From: Tubiluchus corallicola
Taxonomy: Eukaryota > Animalia > Priapulida
NCBI GenBank assembly: GCA_030141605.1
Contig: JAQGDQ010000003.1
Coordinates: 2,666,001 to 2,730,000, forward strand
DNA length: 64,000 bases
Direction of reading: 5' to 3'
The notes beneath the pieces were generated by a model. That model was not told the origin of the DNA. It ran no database searches and worked only from the letters and a program-made list of their open reading frames with translations. The position numbers and the translations under genes were made by a program. Below are positions 24,219 to 39,200 of this stretch, piece after piece. Positions within the stretch are counted from its first letter, which is position 1. Each line of letters begins with the position of its first letter.

Positions 24219-27200
24219 ATGTCAACGAACGGGCTGGCGTCGAAAAGTAGCAAGTCGTACAAGAGCCCTTTCGCTCCTGTGTATCATGGTAAAAAGAACG
24301 ATTTGAACTTGGTGTTGAACACAAAACAGGAGACGAACATTGACACCGGAGAGGTGGTGAGCAGAATCCTGTCCTTTTCGTGTTTCAACGCTAGCAACAA
24401 AATTAACAAGGGTGTCGGGTTTAGATCATCTTTCTTAACAACAAGTTAAATTCTGCCTAATTTGACTGTTTTGTATTTTGTATATGTACACTCTAGTCAA
24501 TCTGATGTACTTCTTAGATTGAAATGCTTGTGTGTACTTTCAGATTTAGAATTATGTTTTGCATTTAAGGAACAATAACAGAAATTGAGCTCACTGTGGT
24601 GTCGGATACTTTTAACCATTTACATGGATTTATTTCTTTTTGCGTGATCTTAGTACATGCATTACTATTCTTTTTATTATTGTTATGTATTTTTTTGCAT
24701 CTAAAATTGACACAGCACATGTACAGTGTTGTTAATAGACACAACGATCTTTTCGAATAAAACTAGGCAATTAGGAATGTGACAAATGTTTTTATACTAC
24801 CTGTAATGTATAGTTTCTAACACGATCACAAAAGATTTCTTGATAGTGCATTTGATATTTTTATTAAAATGTGTAAATCTGCAGTGATAACATAAGTTAA
24901 AATCACTGTCTTTGATAAAATATATAACAATTTTGGTATGGGTATCTGACCTGAATTCTGTACTTTTCTTAAAACACTAAGCCTTCTAAGTGTCAATTCT
25001 GAAATATGATGGCATAGTTCCACAATTGTAGCATAAACATGGAAATTTGTCTAATTTGTTTTTCAATTAACTCTTATTGGGTATTTAAGTCTAACAGCAT
25101 CAATTTTCACAAGCATGCATTAAAATAGTTAAACCAACATTCTTAAAACGACCAGTGTTAATTATTAAATAATTGAATTGCCAGTATTTCAAAGTTAACA
25201 TTCATCTTTGTAGTTTTCAAGACACTAGAGGGAATTCAGAAGCATATCCTAACTTAAAACATAAAATAATTATGACTTTGTCTAAATGAAGAATAAGACA
25301 ATGATGTATGTCTCATATTTTATCATCTATATAATATGCCGTACCTAATATTAAGTGAAATAAAACTGTGCATCGAACTAGTAATGACACAATACAATGT
25401 TAGTCAGTTTCTGTAATTTTACTCTGGTAATGAACCAAATTTTTATGCTTAGTAGTCATTCACATGTTTTCTGGTATAGCTGTTAATTACATAATTATAG
25501 ACTTTATAGTCTTATGGCCTTTTATGCACTTCACTGGTGTTTTACTAACTGCACATTTCTTGATCTGTCTGCACCACTATTTTTTTATTAACATGAGCTT
25601 TTTACTTTTGTAACAAATGATATGTATTGCATGTGAACAGTGTTTTATACTTTTGTTGATGGGCCTACGTTGGTACTGTTTTATTTTTTTAGATAAACTT
25701 GTGTGTTATAATGAGATGATTATTATCACATATCAATATGTTTTTTTTCTAAATAATATGTGCCTCTGGAAGTTTTCGCATCTGGGAAGTTTATGCACCA
25801 CAAATAATTTTCTGCTTTCGTTTAGTTTTATGGTCTGTTCAGTAAGTGTACTGTATACTTGTGTGTAAATTCGGACTGAAAACTTTGAACTTAATTTGGC
25901 ACAATTTTCAGATAACGAATGGCGATGAATCTATGCTGAGAAGTGCATTGAAGGTAGAACAGAAAAATCGAAAAAATGAAAAGAAAGTGGTTATTTCTAA
26001 CGGTGAGGTAAGTTGACTCGATCATACTGTTTTCCAGTTTAACATGATTACATGTTATTTCAGGCTTTTCACACATCCTGCAAGTTGTGTTAGTAAGAAC
26101 TTATTACCACATGCTTGGATTATTTATTAATAGATTAATGTGTACATTAGGCACTATATATTAACATGCATTAATTATTAAGCAAGTTCAGCAATATTTA
26201 TAAATAATGATAACAATATCTTTAAATATATATAACTGCAGTTCAGTTTTAATTCACACAATAAATTTACGGTATCTGGCCTTTGAAATTTGTAATGCAA
26301 ATCTTCTCGGTATTTCTTCTCCTAAGGTATTCTTACGTAAAGCGAAAATTTATTTAAGCCTAAATTACCTAATAGGTTGAAGCTTGAACTTCGCAGATAA
26401 TTCTAAATAATATGGAATCGTCCCATAACACATTATATAAACTTTTATACTGGATAAGATAAAAAAACGTGGTCTTGGTCTTCTCATGACATACTGGATT
26501 TTATTAAACTACATGACTTAATTTATTATCTTATCTTTTGACATCACAGTTTTGCCGTGTAACCATTACTGATCCTTTAATAATGAGTCAGCGTGTAAGA
26601 TCTACTACTCTGTTAGATTAAACGTAGATTGAACAGATCAAATTGTGCCATCTATTGGGAGAAAAACAAAACGTTTGCCTGTCTGATACTGTTGTGAATG
26701 AGTCATCCTTTCCCCCACGTAAACTGTTCATACCACTAATACCACCATGCTCAGTTGGAGAAATGGTTCATAATTCGCAGGAGGTGAATAGAAGTGAGTC
26801 AGTAAGCACGACTCTTTCTGCCTCAGAGAATAATAAAATGAAGACAGCCTAGTCGGTGCAATAACTTAATGAAGTAGGTGTTTTCACAGTTCAAGTTTGG
26901 TGATTGTATTTCGTCCTCGAAGTGATGCCTGTGCGTGAATATCTCATGTGCAATAATATTATATTCTGTGGTTAATTGATACGCGGGTGTTGTACTGCAA
27001 CTCGTACTCGTATGTATATAAAATTGTTGTACATTCAATTACATTAGGGGTAGTAATTACGTTGCTCATTCATCCATGGAAAGCAGAGTTGAGCAGAATC
27101 AATACGTCTGCGTAACTGTAACTGTTCATGTGACATGGTTATCTAGTAATGGTCTATATGGAATATCATAGCGGAAAAGTTGAATTATTTCTTGTAACTA

Positions 27201-30200
27201 TCGTGTGACTTGACAGCGACCTAGCAGAAGCTGAATTCATCCTACAGTTTCAAACCTCTAGCAAGTAGCAACCCATTACCATTGCAAATGCCACAGTGAT
27301 TTTGAGATCATTCAGGTGTAAAAGTGATGTCTTGTCCTGTATCACTTGATAATTGTTAAAAGCAGGCACACTGTTGAACAAATACGGTACTAAAATATTG
27401 CCATAAAGGGAATAATAGTGCCTTGCAGAAGTAATGTTCATCCATGTGTACTGTATTACGTTTAACTACTGTATTTGTTTAACTGTTTGAGCATTTTCGT
27501 CCTAAGGCTATTTTTACGTTACATACAACACGGAAGTGCAGCAGGCATTTTCTTCGCAATTATTCATTTTATAACTGTCATTTTCAAGACGATACGTGAA
27601 AGTAACAAGAGTTGGCAGTTATGAGAGCTATTAGTGTCATGTATTTTGTTTGACGAAACTTTAATTATAATGAGCCGGTTTTTGGGCCAAATTATTTAAA
27701 TAAGCTATATACGTAACAGTTATCATGTATTCTCCCGAACAGCAATGCAACTACAAGTGGCCAAACCTGTTTAATGTAATTTTGTATTGGTGTGTGTGGT
27801 ATAACATGCAATTTATGTCACTTATAAATTATAGTTTCAAGTTAGACATGATGTAGCAGTTACTGGCCTGTCTATTGCTGGGTTTTCCATGTTAGTTCAG
27901 AGTAAAATGTGGTTAATTGTGTTGTTTAATGTTGCAGGTAGAGATAATAGGTTATGGCGGTGAAGATAATGCTTTTGATGATGCTGATTTCATGAATGGA
28001 CTTTTAAATTGCCTTAATGATGATGATAACAATGTAAGTTTGTTATAGTTTACTTAGACTCTGCTAGCATTTACTTTTAATCTACTAGTGTTCAAACGTA
28101 TTACGATTCAATTCAATTCAGTTCAATTCAATTTATTTGTCTCTTTTACATGATATAAAAATATACAATATTTATATGAGAATAATACTGCTTTGATAAT
28201 TGAGACTTAAATTTAAAATGTTTTTAATACCTTGATTAGTGTCATAAATAAAACATAGTACATGGAATGTTATATATTTAGTGTTAGTTTTAGTGTTTCT
28301 TGATTACTAGTAAGCTAAAATACGTATTAACTTATTTAGCATGTGTATGTACAATTAGTACATATCTGTGGCTTTGTTTTGCAAAGACTTATATATCACT
28401 TAATTGTAGATAAAACTGTTATTAGCACCATTTATTAATAAATGGTTTGCCAATGTAACTAGTTGGCTAAAATAAAATTAGCAGCATTGAAGCCGTAGAA
28501 TGAAATTAGCAGCATTGCAGCCAGAGAGTTCTAGTGTGTATACACATTATTCTGTTTACATAAACCTTTCCAAGTAAAATTGCACTTTTGAAATTATTTC
28601 AGGTATTACTTTCTGATGAAGATAAAGAATTCCACATTCTTACCATAAAGAACACAGAGTATAACTCCGAAATCAACAATTTGCTAAATGGTGAAAGCCT
28701 AGAATATAATAACAACACAGATTTAAAAGACAACAATTCTGCATTGTTAACTAATGGTACATCAGATGACGATCATGATTCCCTAGCAGAGTACAACTTA
28801 CTAACCATAGAAATGGATAGCAGACTGTCTGCTCTCAGCACCGATGATGAAAAACGCTTGTCTTCTGGCAGCGATGGTGACAGTTTGCTGGCTCAGATAT
28901 TGGGACAGCTATCACCAGAAAACAAGGAGTTGTTTGGCGTGGATAAAAAGGCTGAAAATGCAAAAGGTACTAAGCCTGTGGAGAAAATTTCAGCAGCCAA
29001 GGCAACAGTTGTAAAAGCACAGAGCACAAGTGAGTCGTTAAAAAAACCAGTCATAACTACAGCAATTACAAGTAAAACTGCAAGCAGCACAGCAAAATCA
29101 ACAGCAACAACGACGGTGTTGAATAGAAACAATTGGTTGTCCAGGACTACGACACAGACCACTTCAACACATCCCGTTATGAGTACTACAGCTGCAACCT
29201 CTTCGTCTAATAATATAAAATCCATCGTAAATTTTTCTAACCAGAAGTCTGCAAATACTATATTCAGTTCAAAATCGGGTAATTTTAAAAGTGAGCCAGC
29301 AACCGAAACTACAGCAGAGGTAAAAACCTTCAGTTTCATGGGTGAAACTCGGAAAGTGGTTGTGCAGTCCAAGACTGTTGCTCAAAAAGAAAACAGTTCT
29401 CCAGTATTAACTAGAAAGGAGGCTAATACAGCAACAACAACTGTTACAGTAGCAACTGCAAATGCACCCACTAGCTCTGCTTCTCCCAAACCGTCAACAG
29501 TAACTTCTAAGACTAATATAAGACCAGCACCAACACTACCCTCGCAACCTCCAAAAATTGACAAGAGCGAAAACAAGTCTGAGAAAGCCAAATCGGGTGA
29601 ATCGCCGTATAGTTCTCGCATTTCTATTTCTGCATTTAAGCGTTCTGAGAGGTTTAAACCCAGCAGTGCTCCAAACAGTACTCCGAGTGAAGAGGAAGGA
29701 AGCAAGCCTGTGCTGCGCTCATATAAATCTGCGCAGTTGACTGATTCGTCATTGAACCAAACAACGAAACCAGAGCCATCCAAATACACAAAAGAACATG
29801 TTAGTAGTCAACAGTTGTTTGTATTTTTTTTAATATTTTAATGGTAGAGCTATCGTAACATGAACTGCATTTTATCATGAGGCACCTTTCCCTGGCAGTG
29901 TGATACATGTAATCAACTTTGCAAGGTTTAATTCACGAATAAAATAAAATTTTGCTTGATGACATTCTCATCAAATCGTTGGTAAAATTCACAAGTCAAC
30001 ACTTTTGCAGGCAAATAAACCCAAAAAATTCCATCAGTTTATTTGACCGAACTTGCTAGATAATTTATGATTTGTTCAAATCAATCCTGATTGCACTTTT
30101 TCCATTAATAGATTAATATCTTGGATCACCTTCATTAATTAACTAATTAAACTCATTTTGGTCAGTTGTTGCTGTCATGCTTAACATGTCTTGTGAGGGC

Positions 30201-33200
30201 TCCAATTAATTAAAATGCTTCTAATTAATATAAGGTTTTCAATGTTGCTTAGGGAACCATGTCACACCTATTAGTTCAGTAAAGTTTTCTGAGACCTCAT
30301 TCACATATTGTAGTTAAAGGACACTATTTTTTCTAGTAAACAAAAAGCCAGTATGTCAAGTGGCACCTTCGTGGCCAGTAATAATTCTCTTTACGCGAAT
30401 TTTATCCCTTCTTGCAATATTTATTGATTTAGCATCGAGGAGTGATATGTGTATAGGTGTTGTTGCAGTTAAATTTACTGTACACGTATAGGCTTTCTAA
30501 TTTTTACTTCTGCTTGACTGCATTATCAAAAGAGTGTTTGAGTGGAAAGCGGCAGTTCTTTTAGTTTTTTGGTCAAATGTAGTATTTTCTCTGTTTTGTT
30601 CATTTACTTTAATTTATTCACAAAATTTTTGCTGGTTTTTATCACAGAGCATTCTCATGAGCAATTAAGATGTAGCTATTTAAAAATTTTACATGACAAT
30701 TTTTATCATTTATTATAGGTAGGTTCAAAGTGCAAAACGGACGAAGAGAAATCTGCATTAATAGATAACAAGACGAGTACCTCAGTCTCACAACCTGCTA
30801 AAGCGGCCGAGATTACAGCACCACTTGACAGCAAACATGAAGAAGTATTAATATTAATTATTTAAGAAAACAGACAGTGTGGACAATTCTGTTTGTGCTC
30901 CTGTTTAGGAATTTTTGTAGCTGATTACATGTCACTGATAATCTGCATTGAATTACATTTTCAAATACATTATTAGAATGTTAATATATACCTGTAACGT
31001 GTACATGATTTGAGCTCTGAGACTCTGTGTCGAATTTAAAGGGAAACGGGACTCGATTATAAATTATTGTGCAAAATGATCTAAGCTATAAAACATTTAA
31101 ATGGAAGATATAATTTTTTAAGAATGATTTATGTAAAGAATTTTTACTGCGGAAGCCTAATTTAGTGTTTGGTGATTAGCTTTTTGCTGTTGCACGCGTC
31201 TCGCCATTCCTTAATTAAATGGGCAACAATGCCTGCATACTGAAAACGGGTGGCACAAAAATGGATCTGTACGTAATCATAAGAATGCATTCGAGTTGTG
31301 ACGTAGCACATAGCCAAGCAAGCACAGCCATAAACTTAAAATTTAAATTTTTAAACTTTAAACATGCCTTGTTTCTTGTATCATGGTCAAGATACAGTAG
31401 CTTCATGTTTAAGTATAGCTCTTGCAAATACGTGCACCGCATTTATCGAATGTATCTTTGCTAAAAAATGACGTCCGGTTGTGATGTCATGGCTAGTTGT
31501 TAATGTACCCCATTAATTAAGTTTTTAAGTTAATATTTAATTATCGGAAGTATTTTGACATTATTATAGATGACAAAATCTTATATTTTCTACCATATTT
31601 CAAAATAGGATAGGATCTGAAAATAGTCTTGTTTTCCTTTAATGAATTTTGTCAATTTGCCAAGTGTAATATTATCATATACTTTTATTACAATGTAATA
31701 TAAATAGTAGCGTTAGTTTGCCAAAAAATATAGAAAATGAAAACCATCATTATTTTGCCATTGGTTTTTTTCCTGCAGGTTTATTATTTCAAATATGATC
31801 TTTCGACTGGAAAAGGTTCAACAGGAAGATCGGCTGCTTCTGTGGAGGCATATGGAGTGAGTAATATCACCAACAAGCCTCCTGCAGAAGATGTAAAAAG
31901 TAGAATGAGCGGAAAAAGTGTGCCACCTCCTGTTCCTCCTCCACCTGAAATTAACAAAAGTAATTTTTTCAGCAGGTTATTTTTTAACATTAAAATTGCC
32001 CAGTATGAATGTACTTTATCTACTTAATAAATTTTTAGCTTTTATCGAAAAATTAAAGTATTATCTGACTGTGGAAAAACCTTTTGTCATTGGATGTTTA
32101 CAAATCGCTGCTATTTCTAAAAAAATGCACATAACAGTTAGAAATTTCACTAGGTTGCCTGATACTGGTAGATATTTACCATTCTGTACATATAGATAAT
32201 GTATTATATTGCATTTGTATTTTTTTGTAGAACATCCAACAAGCCCCACCAGAGACAGAAAAGTGCAATCGTCTTTCTTGCACGACATCCATGCACCTCA
32301 TTCTAGCACTACCACCGCCAACACTGTAAGTGTGGTAAGTGTTTCTGGTGCAGACATTAAGAAGGATGACCCATACAAGACTGTGCCATTGTCAATTGTG
32401 TCGCGGCCTCGTCACCCTTCTCCACCCCGTTCAATACAGAAGCATCCCATATCCATCCCACCACACGAGAGCAGTAGTCCCGAAGATGAGAATTATGAGC
32501 CAATTGATGAAGATTTAGAGGTAATTAAGCATCTTCCTAGTTACTATATTTGTGGAATGTGCTGTCTCTGTTTACAGCACCTGTTCTTAGTCTTGAAAAC
32601 ATTTTGTAGTTTTAATATATTTATGTATATATAATATATTTAATATATATATTTTATGTATATATAGCAATTAGGAAGACAGATTCACAAAAGGGTTGAC
32701 ATGTCCAAGCACATTTGCTTTAAGTCACTCCTGTAAGTTTTGATGATTAAGCTCTGCAAGTGGTACATACTTACTTGAAACTCAGAAAATTACTTTAGCT
32801 CTGTTTGAGCATAGCTTGAGTGGCACTGACAGCCTATTCTGCCTATCATGATTGTGCAGGAGGTATGACTATTTACGTTGAGTTGTGTAGCAGTTTATTT
32901 GGAATGGTGTCATTTCCTTTGTCTTAAGTCTTACAGAACATTGTAGGCATGGGCTTAGCAAACAATTAAGTTGGAAAAATATGTATTGGTGAAATGCCTA
33001 AAACAACAAGTGAACAAAAATTCTCCCACTGACTTTGCCATGCTTGCATTCCACGAAAACAGACAGGCATCAGCAATTTTGTTTTTCAAGTGAATCTATT
33101 GGAAATATTGATTTCACATTCCGGAAATGCTACACAGTTAGAAAATGAACTTCTGTTATAAAACTCGTCATTAATGCAGCGTTTATTTGCAGAATATTTA

Positions 33201-36200
33201 TGATGCCGTAGATGAAAAGATGATGACAAGCATTCATGAGATTAAGGAATATGAGAAGGCTAATAGTCCTATTTATGCAGAGCCGAACTTATATGATACC
33301 ATTGCTAATGCCTTGAATAAAGATGAGGAAATAATTAAGCCCAGTCAAGTTGCTCATTTGCCAGGACCAAACACTCTTTCTAAGAAAGACAAAAAATCTC
33401 CAGTGCTGCCTCCTAAGAACTCCACTGTTATGAAAACACAGGTTTCTGATGTAACAGAAAAACTCAATACAGAGGAGAAGGCTCCAGATGTCGGTGTGGG
33501 GTCAGATATGAGCAAAGTACATTTTGCAGCCGAAAATTCATCGGAAACTAATTTTGTTCAAGATAAAGATCACTTTAATCGGTAAGCTTTTTTCTGGAAA
33601 AACCAAAATTTTTTCAATAGTTTGTCATTATTTAACCAGTAAATGATTTCTCAAAAACTTCCTAATCGTTTTCCCAATTATTCAGCTGTATAACACTTAA
33701 GGTATTACCTAAAATTTTGTCAATACCAGTAAACACATTTTCAAGTTTATTTTTATGCCATTTGTTAAAAAAAAATTCTTGTATTATGCAACTTGCATCT
33801 TATATCTGTATTGTGCATTGTGAAATCAGTTCTATAGCTAAAATAACACTTATATTGCTTAAATGGTAAAAAACCGACTGTTTTTTTGTATTGGTAGCCA
33901 GCGGTTGTATAGGCGGTCCACTGGGGCAATTGAAGCGGCAAAAGTTCCTGACTTATCTCGAAACAGCCCAGGGCGATTTTCCGACAACAACTTAGAGTCT
34001 TGTGTAATCTCTGGTCTAGATCTAGACAAAGGTTTGTGTTGAGAGTGTAACGTGAGAAATGTTTGTTTGATTTTGAGCTAATAAGGATGGCATTAGGTAA
34101 CATGTTGTTTTTTGCATGATTATACTGATTTTGGTTTGCAATCTTAATGTAACTCGTGTTAATGTAACATAAATACATGGAAAGTAGCAACTCACCCATG
34201 AGTTAAATATAGCATACACGCTGTGTTTGTACACAAACAAAATATTATGTTTTTCTCATCTGTTACAGCAAAAGAATTTTAAAAATTTGTTAGAAAATAT
34301 GTTTGTAGCAAGGGTGCCACATGGAAATTTATCTTTCGGGTGCAGCGTAAATGGGCACATTTCTAATTTAAGTCAAGCAAATTCTGATTGACTGACTAAA
34401 TGAAATCACATGATCAAAACAAGATTACATTGTTTTTGTGCCATCAGCTGCTAATTCACTTCTGAGACAGCATATACTTGGCTTGTGGTTGTTGAGCATT
34501 TTTTTGTTTAAGTCTATCAATAAACCTATCTGATAAAATTTATAAAGAGTTATATGATCTGAATGGCCTCAAATCATTTCGTTAGTCCCTGTCTTCATTA
34601 TCAGTTTCGCACACAACCTTCAATTCATCTCTTCAAATTATTCTATTTACGGGTTCAAAACCTTCTCAGTTGCTAGGTTCGCGAGGGTAACGAAATTGCT
34701 GATTTTTTAAAAATTACATTCTTTTGTTCTTCTGGGCTGTTCACTCATTTTAGTCAGTCATATTTCTAAGTATTGAAACTAGGGTAATAGGGAGGGAGTT
34801 GGTAGTTGACCTATGGAAGTTCTGACATATCGTATATTTAGGTAATTTAAAATGTTTATAAAAATTGTCCTTTGGCACATGACCTGGGAAAAATTAGGCT
34901 GGGTCGTTTCAATCCATGTTCGGATAACCTTCATATTAACTACAGCTAAACTACAGCTTGTATAGAATATATTTTTATTGGAAAACCTAGCTTATAAAAT
35001 ATAACATGGTTCCAGGTGCTTATAAAAAATATGTTCAGGATTTTTACAAGTCCCAAAGCGAAACTGTCAAAAATTCTTTTTAGAATTAAAATTGGAATTA
35101 AAAAATCTCTCTTTTTGGTTACTCACTTGCACTGTAACTGTAATAGAGAGATTTGTTTTGCAGTGAAGCCTGTTTCATTTTCATTCTAGTTGTTCATGTA
35201 TACAAGATTTTGCCATTTACTCATTGTGAGGCAAACAATACATACTGAGTTTTCAGGAAAATTTAAATCTCTGACAGTTCAAATCTATAATCCATTAACA
35301 ATTAGCTTATTACCATCATTTTCAGGAGCAGTAAACAAAGACTGTGTAGAATGTTCACACATTATTGCCATCATTTCAGGAGCAGAAAGCAAGATTGTTC
35401 AATGTTTGTGCATTACTGGTTATCAGTGGATGCATTTTTTTTTAAATTTAAAATATTTTTGTTGTTGTTTTGTGATGTTGTTTGATGTGGTAGGCATGGA
35501 GTATTTGTTTTTTGATATTGTGGTGTCACAAATATATACCACTATTGTAGAAAAAATTTTGAACTAGTTAAAGGAACTGACGGAAATGCAAATCCAAAAC
35601 AGCATGTTACTAAGTTTGTACATTTTACATATACATTAGAGCAAAACATATGCAAATGCAGCTGTATGTCAGCTTTTAGAGCATCTGCATTTGAAAAAGG
35701 GCTGTAACTCGGCTTGTAGAGTAGCTAAAATTTGGTACAAGAATGCTTTGTCATGATAGTACGTGTACTTCTTATCTAGAAGACAATGTGAATCGGAACA
35801 GAAGAACTCAGTAAGCGAGTAACTAATGCTTTACATTCTGGACGAAATTATAAAAGTTTCTAGTACTTTGGTTTTTTATAGTGGGTAAGAATGCTAATGC
35901 TAAGCCATGGTTAGATGTGGAGTGGGCATGCAATCAATAAATCCTGCTTGAACAATTGTCTTGGAATACCACTGAATATAATAAAATGAAGCCAAATTTA
36001 TGCTTTGAAAGAGTTTTCACAAAAAAGTGTTGTGTAGGATTTATGTGTTAGGGGTTTGTTTTTGCTGAGTGAATAGATGATCATTCAGTGACTGTATGCA
36101 CACTTTCACTTTAACCTGTTGTTAATAGAAACTTCAACTGTGCCTCATTCTTCAGTACAACATTATTTGTACTTGGTTTTCTGAGATATTATATCTTCTT

Positions 36201-39200
36201 GTTGAGCATACGTTTCATTATGTAATGCTAAAGTCTTTGTTGCAACTGCTGAGCTGCACGATTGAAAAAAATCATTGCCACGAAAGTTATTACAAGTGTT
36301 TGTCTCAAATATATTGGCATCACCACTATGGTGGCAGTAGGCAGAGCAAAGGACTAAATGTTGTATGACATTTGCAAATGATATGCTGTTTGCATGTTTC
36401 TCTTGTTAAAAGTTGCCTTTCTTTTCTACTGCTTAACACATACAGTAATACACTTTTCAGGCAAAGCAAGATCTCCTCCACCACCACCTTCGTCATCAAC
36501 TTCCAGCGATAGCCTTAGTGGAACATCAACTAACTCGAAAACAAAAACTGCATCTATTACACACTTTTCTAGGTAATTTACATTACACTGTGTTACTGTT
36601 GCAATTTTGCCAACTGCTATTCATTAAACTTTATATGTACACAATTTATGCTCAGTGCAAGTGACAACTAAAAAGGTTTACTAAGTTTGCCAGTTTAGTT
36701 TTTTCCATATAATTATTGTGAGTCCCTTTCTGAAGGATATCTGTCAGTGTGTCGTCCAAATATGTGGTTGAAATGCACATTTTTGTGTCTACTATAAGTA
36801 TGACAAGCTTGCTTAAATTATTTGCATAATATCTTATCAAACGAAAATTGTCTCTGAGATCGTTAACAATGTTTTGTTCAACAAGTTGACTGAAAATTAT
36901 AAATGTTTTTAGGCTAAAATCTCCTCCTAGTCCTCCTGCTGCTACAGATGAAGTGGCTGTGAATCACGAAGTATTTAATAACTTTAAAGGAACAGATACA
37001 TTGGGCAGAAAGAAAAAGTTTTCCTTGAAAAAACTTATGAAGTTTGGCAATAAAGATGATACCTATAAAGAACCCGTCAAAACAACTGAAAGGCGCAGAA
37101 AGTTGGATATTGTTGTCATTAGAAACACTGAAGATGGTCCACAGATGATCCAAGACAACTCTGAGCTGGAAGGAGCTACTGTTGAGAGCTTGGATGGTGT
37201 GTAAATTTATATTTAGTTTTTTTTAAAAAGTACTTTATCTAATGGAAACACATTCGGGATATTCCACTTGCTCATTTTTTTCACATGAAAGCATTGAATG
37301 CTTACAAGGAAGGTAGCTTGATATTAAGTGCAGATCTTGTTGCTTACTATTGTAGTTGAGAACTTTAAATCCAAAGTCAATCATATTGTTGTCAAGTGCT
37401 GTTAATTACTATCACTCAGTTAACCATATAGTTTTAGAAACATACAAGCACAGTTTTGTCACTGTTACCACTATCTTTCCTTTAAAAAAACATTTTTGAA
37501 AACATTGTGAAATTCAAGTTTATAATTGAAAATGGTAAATAAAACATAGTTCTTTATTTAGATATACAAAGAACTTTAATGGCGACTTCACCGGATAGAA
37601 TGAAAACAATGACTGGATCACTCCCTGCCCACATGAGCTTATCTAGAGCTACAGCAAAAGGCGTTCGGCCACCACCACCTCGGCGTGGACGTTCACAGAG
37701 TGAAGACAGGTCTTCGATGAGAGAAAGTGGTGACGCGTCACCAGTTAAGGTAATTGCAATAATTGGTCCAGGACTCTGAACTTATTTAGTTAATGCTAGA
37801 TTTAGATTGTTTCATCAATCATGTAGTGTTTTTTTGTTAGAATAAATTGTTTTATGAATTATCATCCTTCATACTGGTAATCTATGGAGTTATAAAATGT
37901 GCCAACTTGCACCTATTTTCCATTTACTTTATGAGGTATTTTCCTTTTGATTACAAATGTGTCTAAGCGGTATTAGATTACAGGCAATCATTGACTTAAG
38001 GTTTATCTGAATGTGGCTGCTAAGCTGTGTAAATGTGTGCTGTGCAAGAAGTTTACACTCTACATGAACAGGCTGATTGATGTACACTCAAAGTGTAAGG
38101 TTGAACATATATATGGACTAATTTTTAACCATTACTACTTTATTATTTTCTAATAGTGTGTGTGGTTTGTAAGATATAGCATGTAACATTCTGCTATCAT
38201 TCTATATTTTTATAGGATGAGGCTTCACTGACACCATCTTCAGCTTCCCCAGCTTCTTCCAGTACCGGAGGAAAACCAGATATTCCAAAACGATATTCTC
38301 GGCCAAAATCTGATTACATGAACATTGGTAAGTGCTTAGTGCTTTGCGAACATGTGACTTTGTTCACCTTTATTTTTAGAGAGTGTAACTCAACCTGCCC
38401 TTTGTGGATGCTTTGGCATTGTTTGACTTCAACTTATTAACACACATTTTTAAGTGTCCTTTTGTGGAGTGCTGTTGGGCATGCAACCTGTCTTCGGGTA
38501 TTTTTTACGAGCATGACTGCGTGTTAAAGTCAGCATGGTTTTGTTATTATTCTTGAAATGTGATGACAACAAAAAGCCATTGTAGCTAATATCGCTTCTA
38601 AAGAAATTTTTAAGAAGGGTACATTGTATGTATTGTTTGACTATGGAACAGCACTTTTGTACCAATAGCATTCTGAACCTTATTGCACTTGCAGTTTGAT
38701 GTATGCTAAAATATCATTATTGAGGTATCTTTAGAAATCTGCTTCTGTCAAACTTCACTTTGCTGTGTCATGAATAACCTGGAAGTTCAAAACGTGAAAT
38801 TTCATTGATATTTTATGGGTGTCTGGCTTGCCCTTCACTAGTTAATTGACCTTGCCTGCTTGAGTGTGGAAATGCATTTGTTTCTCGTTGAATATTCTTA
38901 TTTTATGCGCCGATGAGTAACAAGGATTATGGCTTAGTTTTGCCATTACTTTTTGTTGAGCATCATGATTATGTCATTCTTCAATAATGCATTTGGCTTA
39001 CTGTATGTCTCAAAACATTACCTGTGCTGTGCTAACTCCATATTTTCTTCTTAAATGTTAGTTACACGTTCAGTTTATCTTTAATTGGTTTCAGATTACC
39101 TTTTACATCTATGGTTATTTGCATGTCAGCATTTCACTATTAGCAATTATAATTTTTCTCACACAGTAAATTGAATTTAAGTAAAGCACTTAACTTGGCT

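Noticed and set aside
28893-29789. Antisense ORFs of 159 and 135 aa
   Set aside because: Shadow frames of the low-complexity plus-strand exon.
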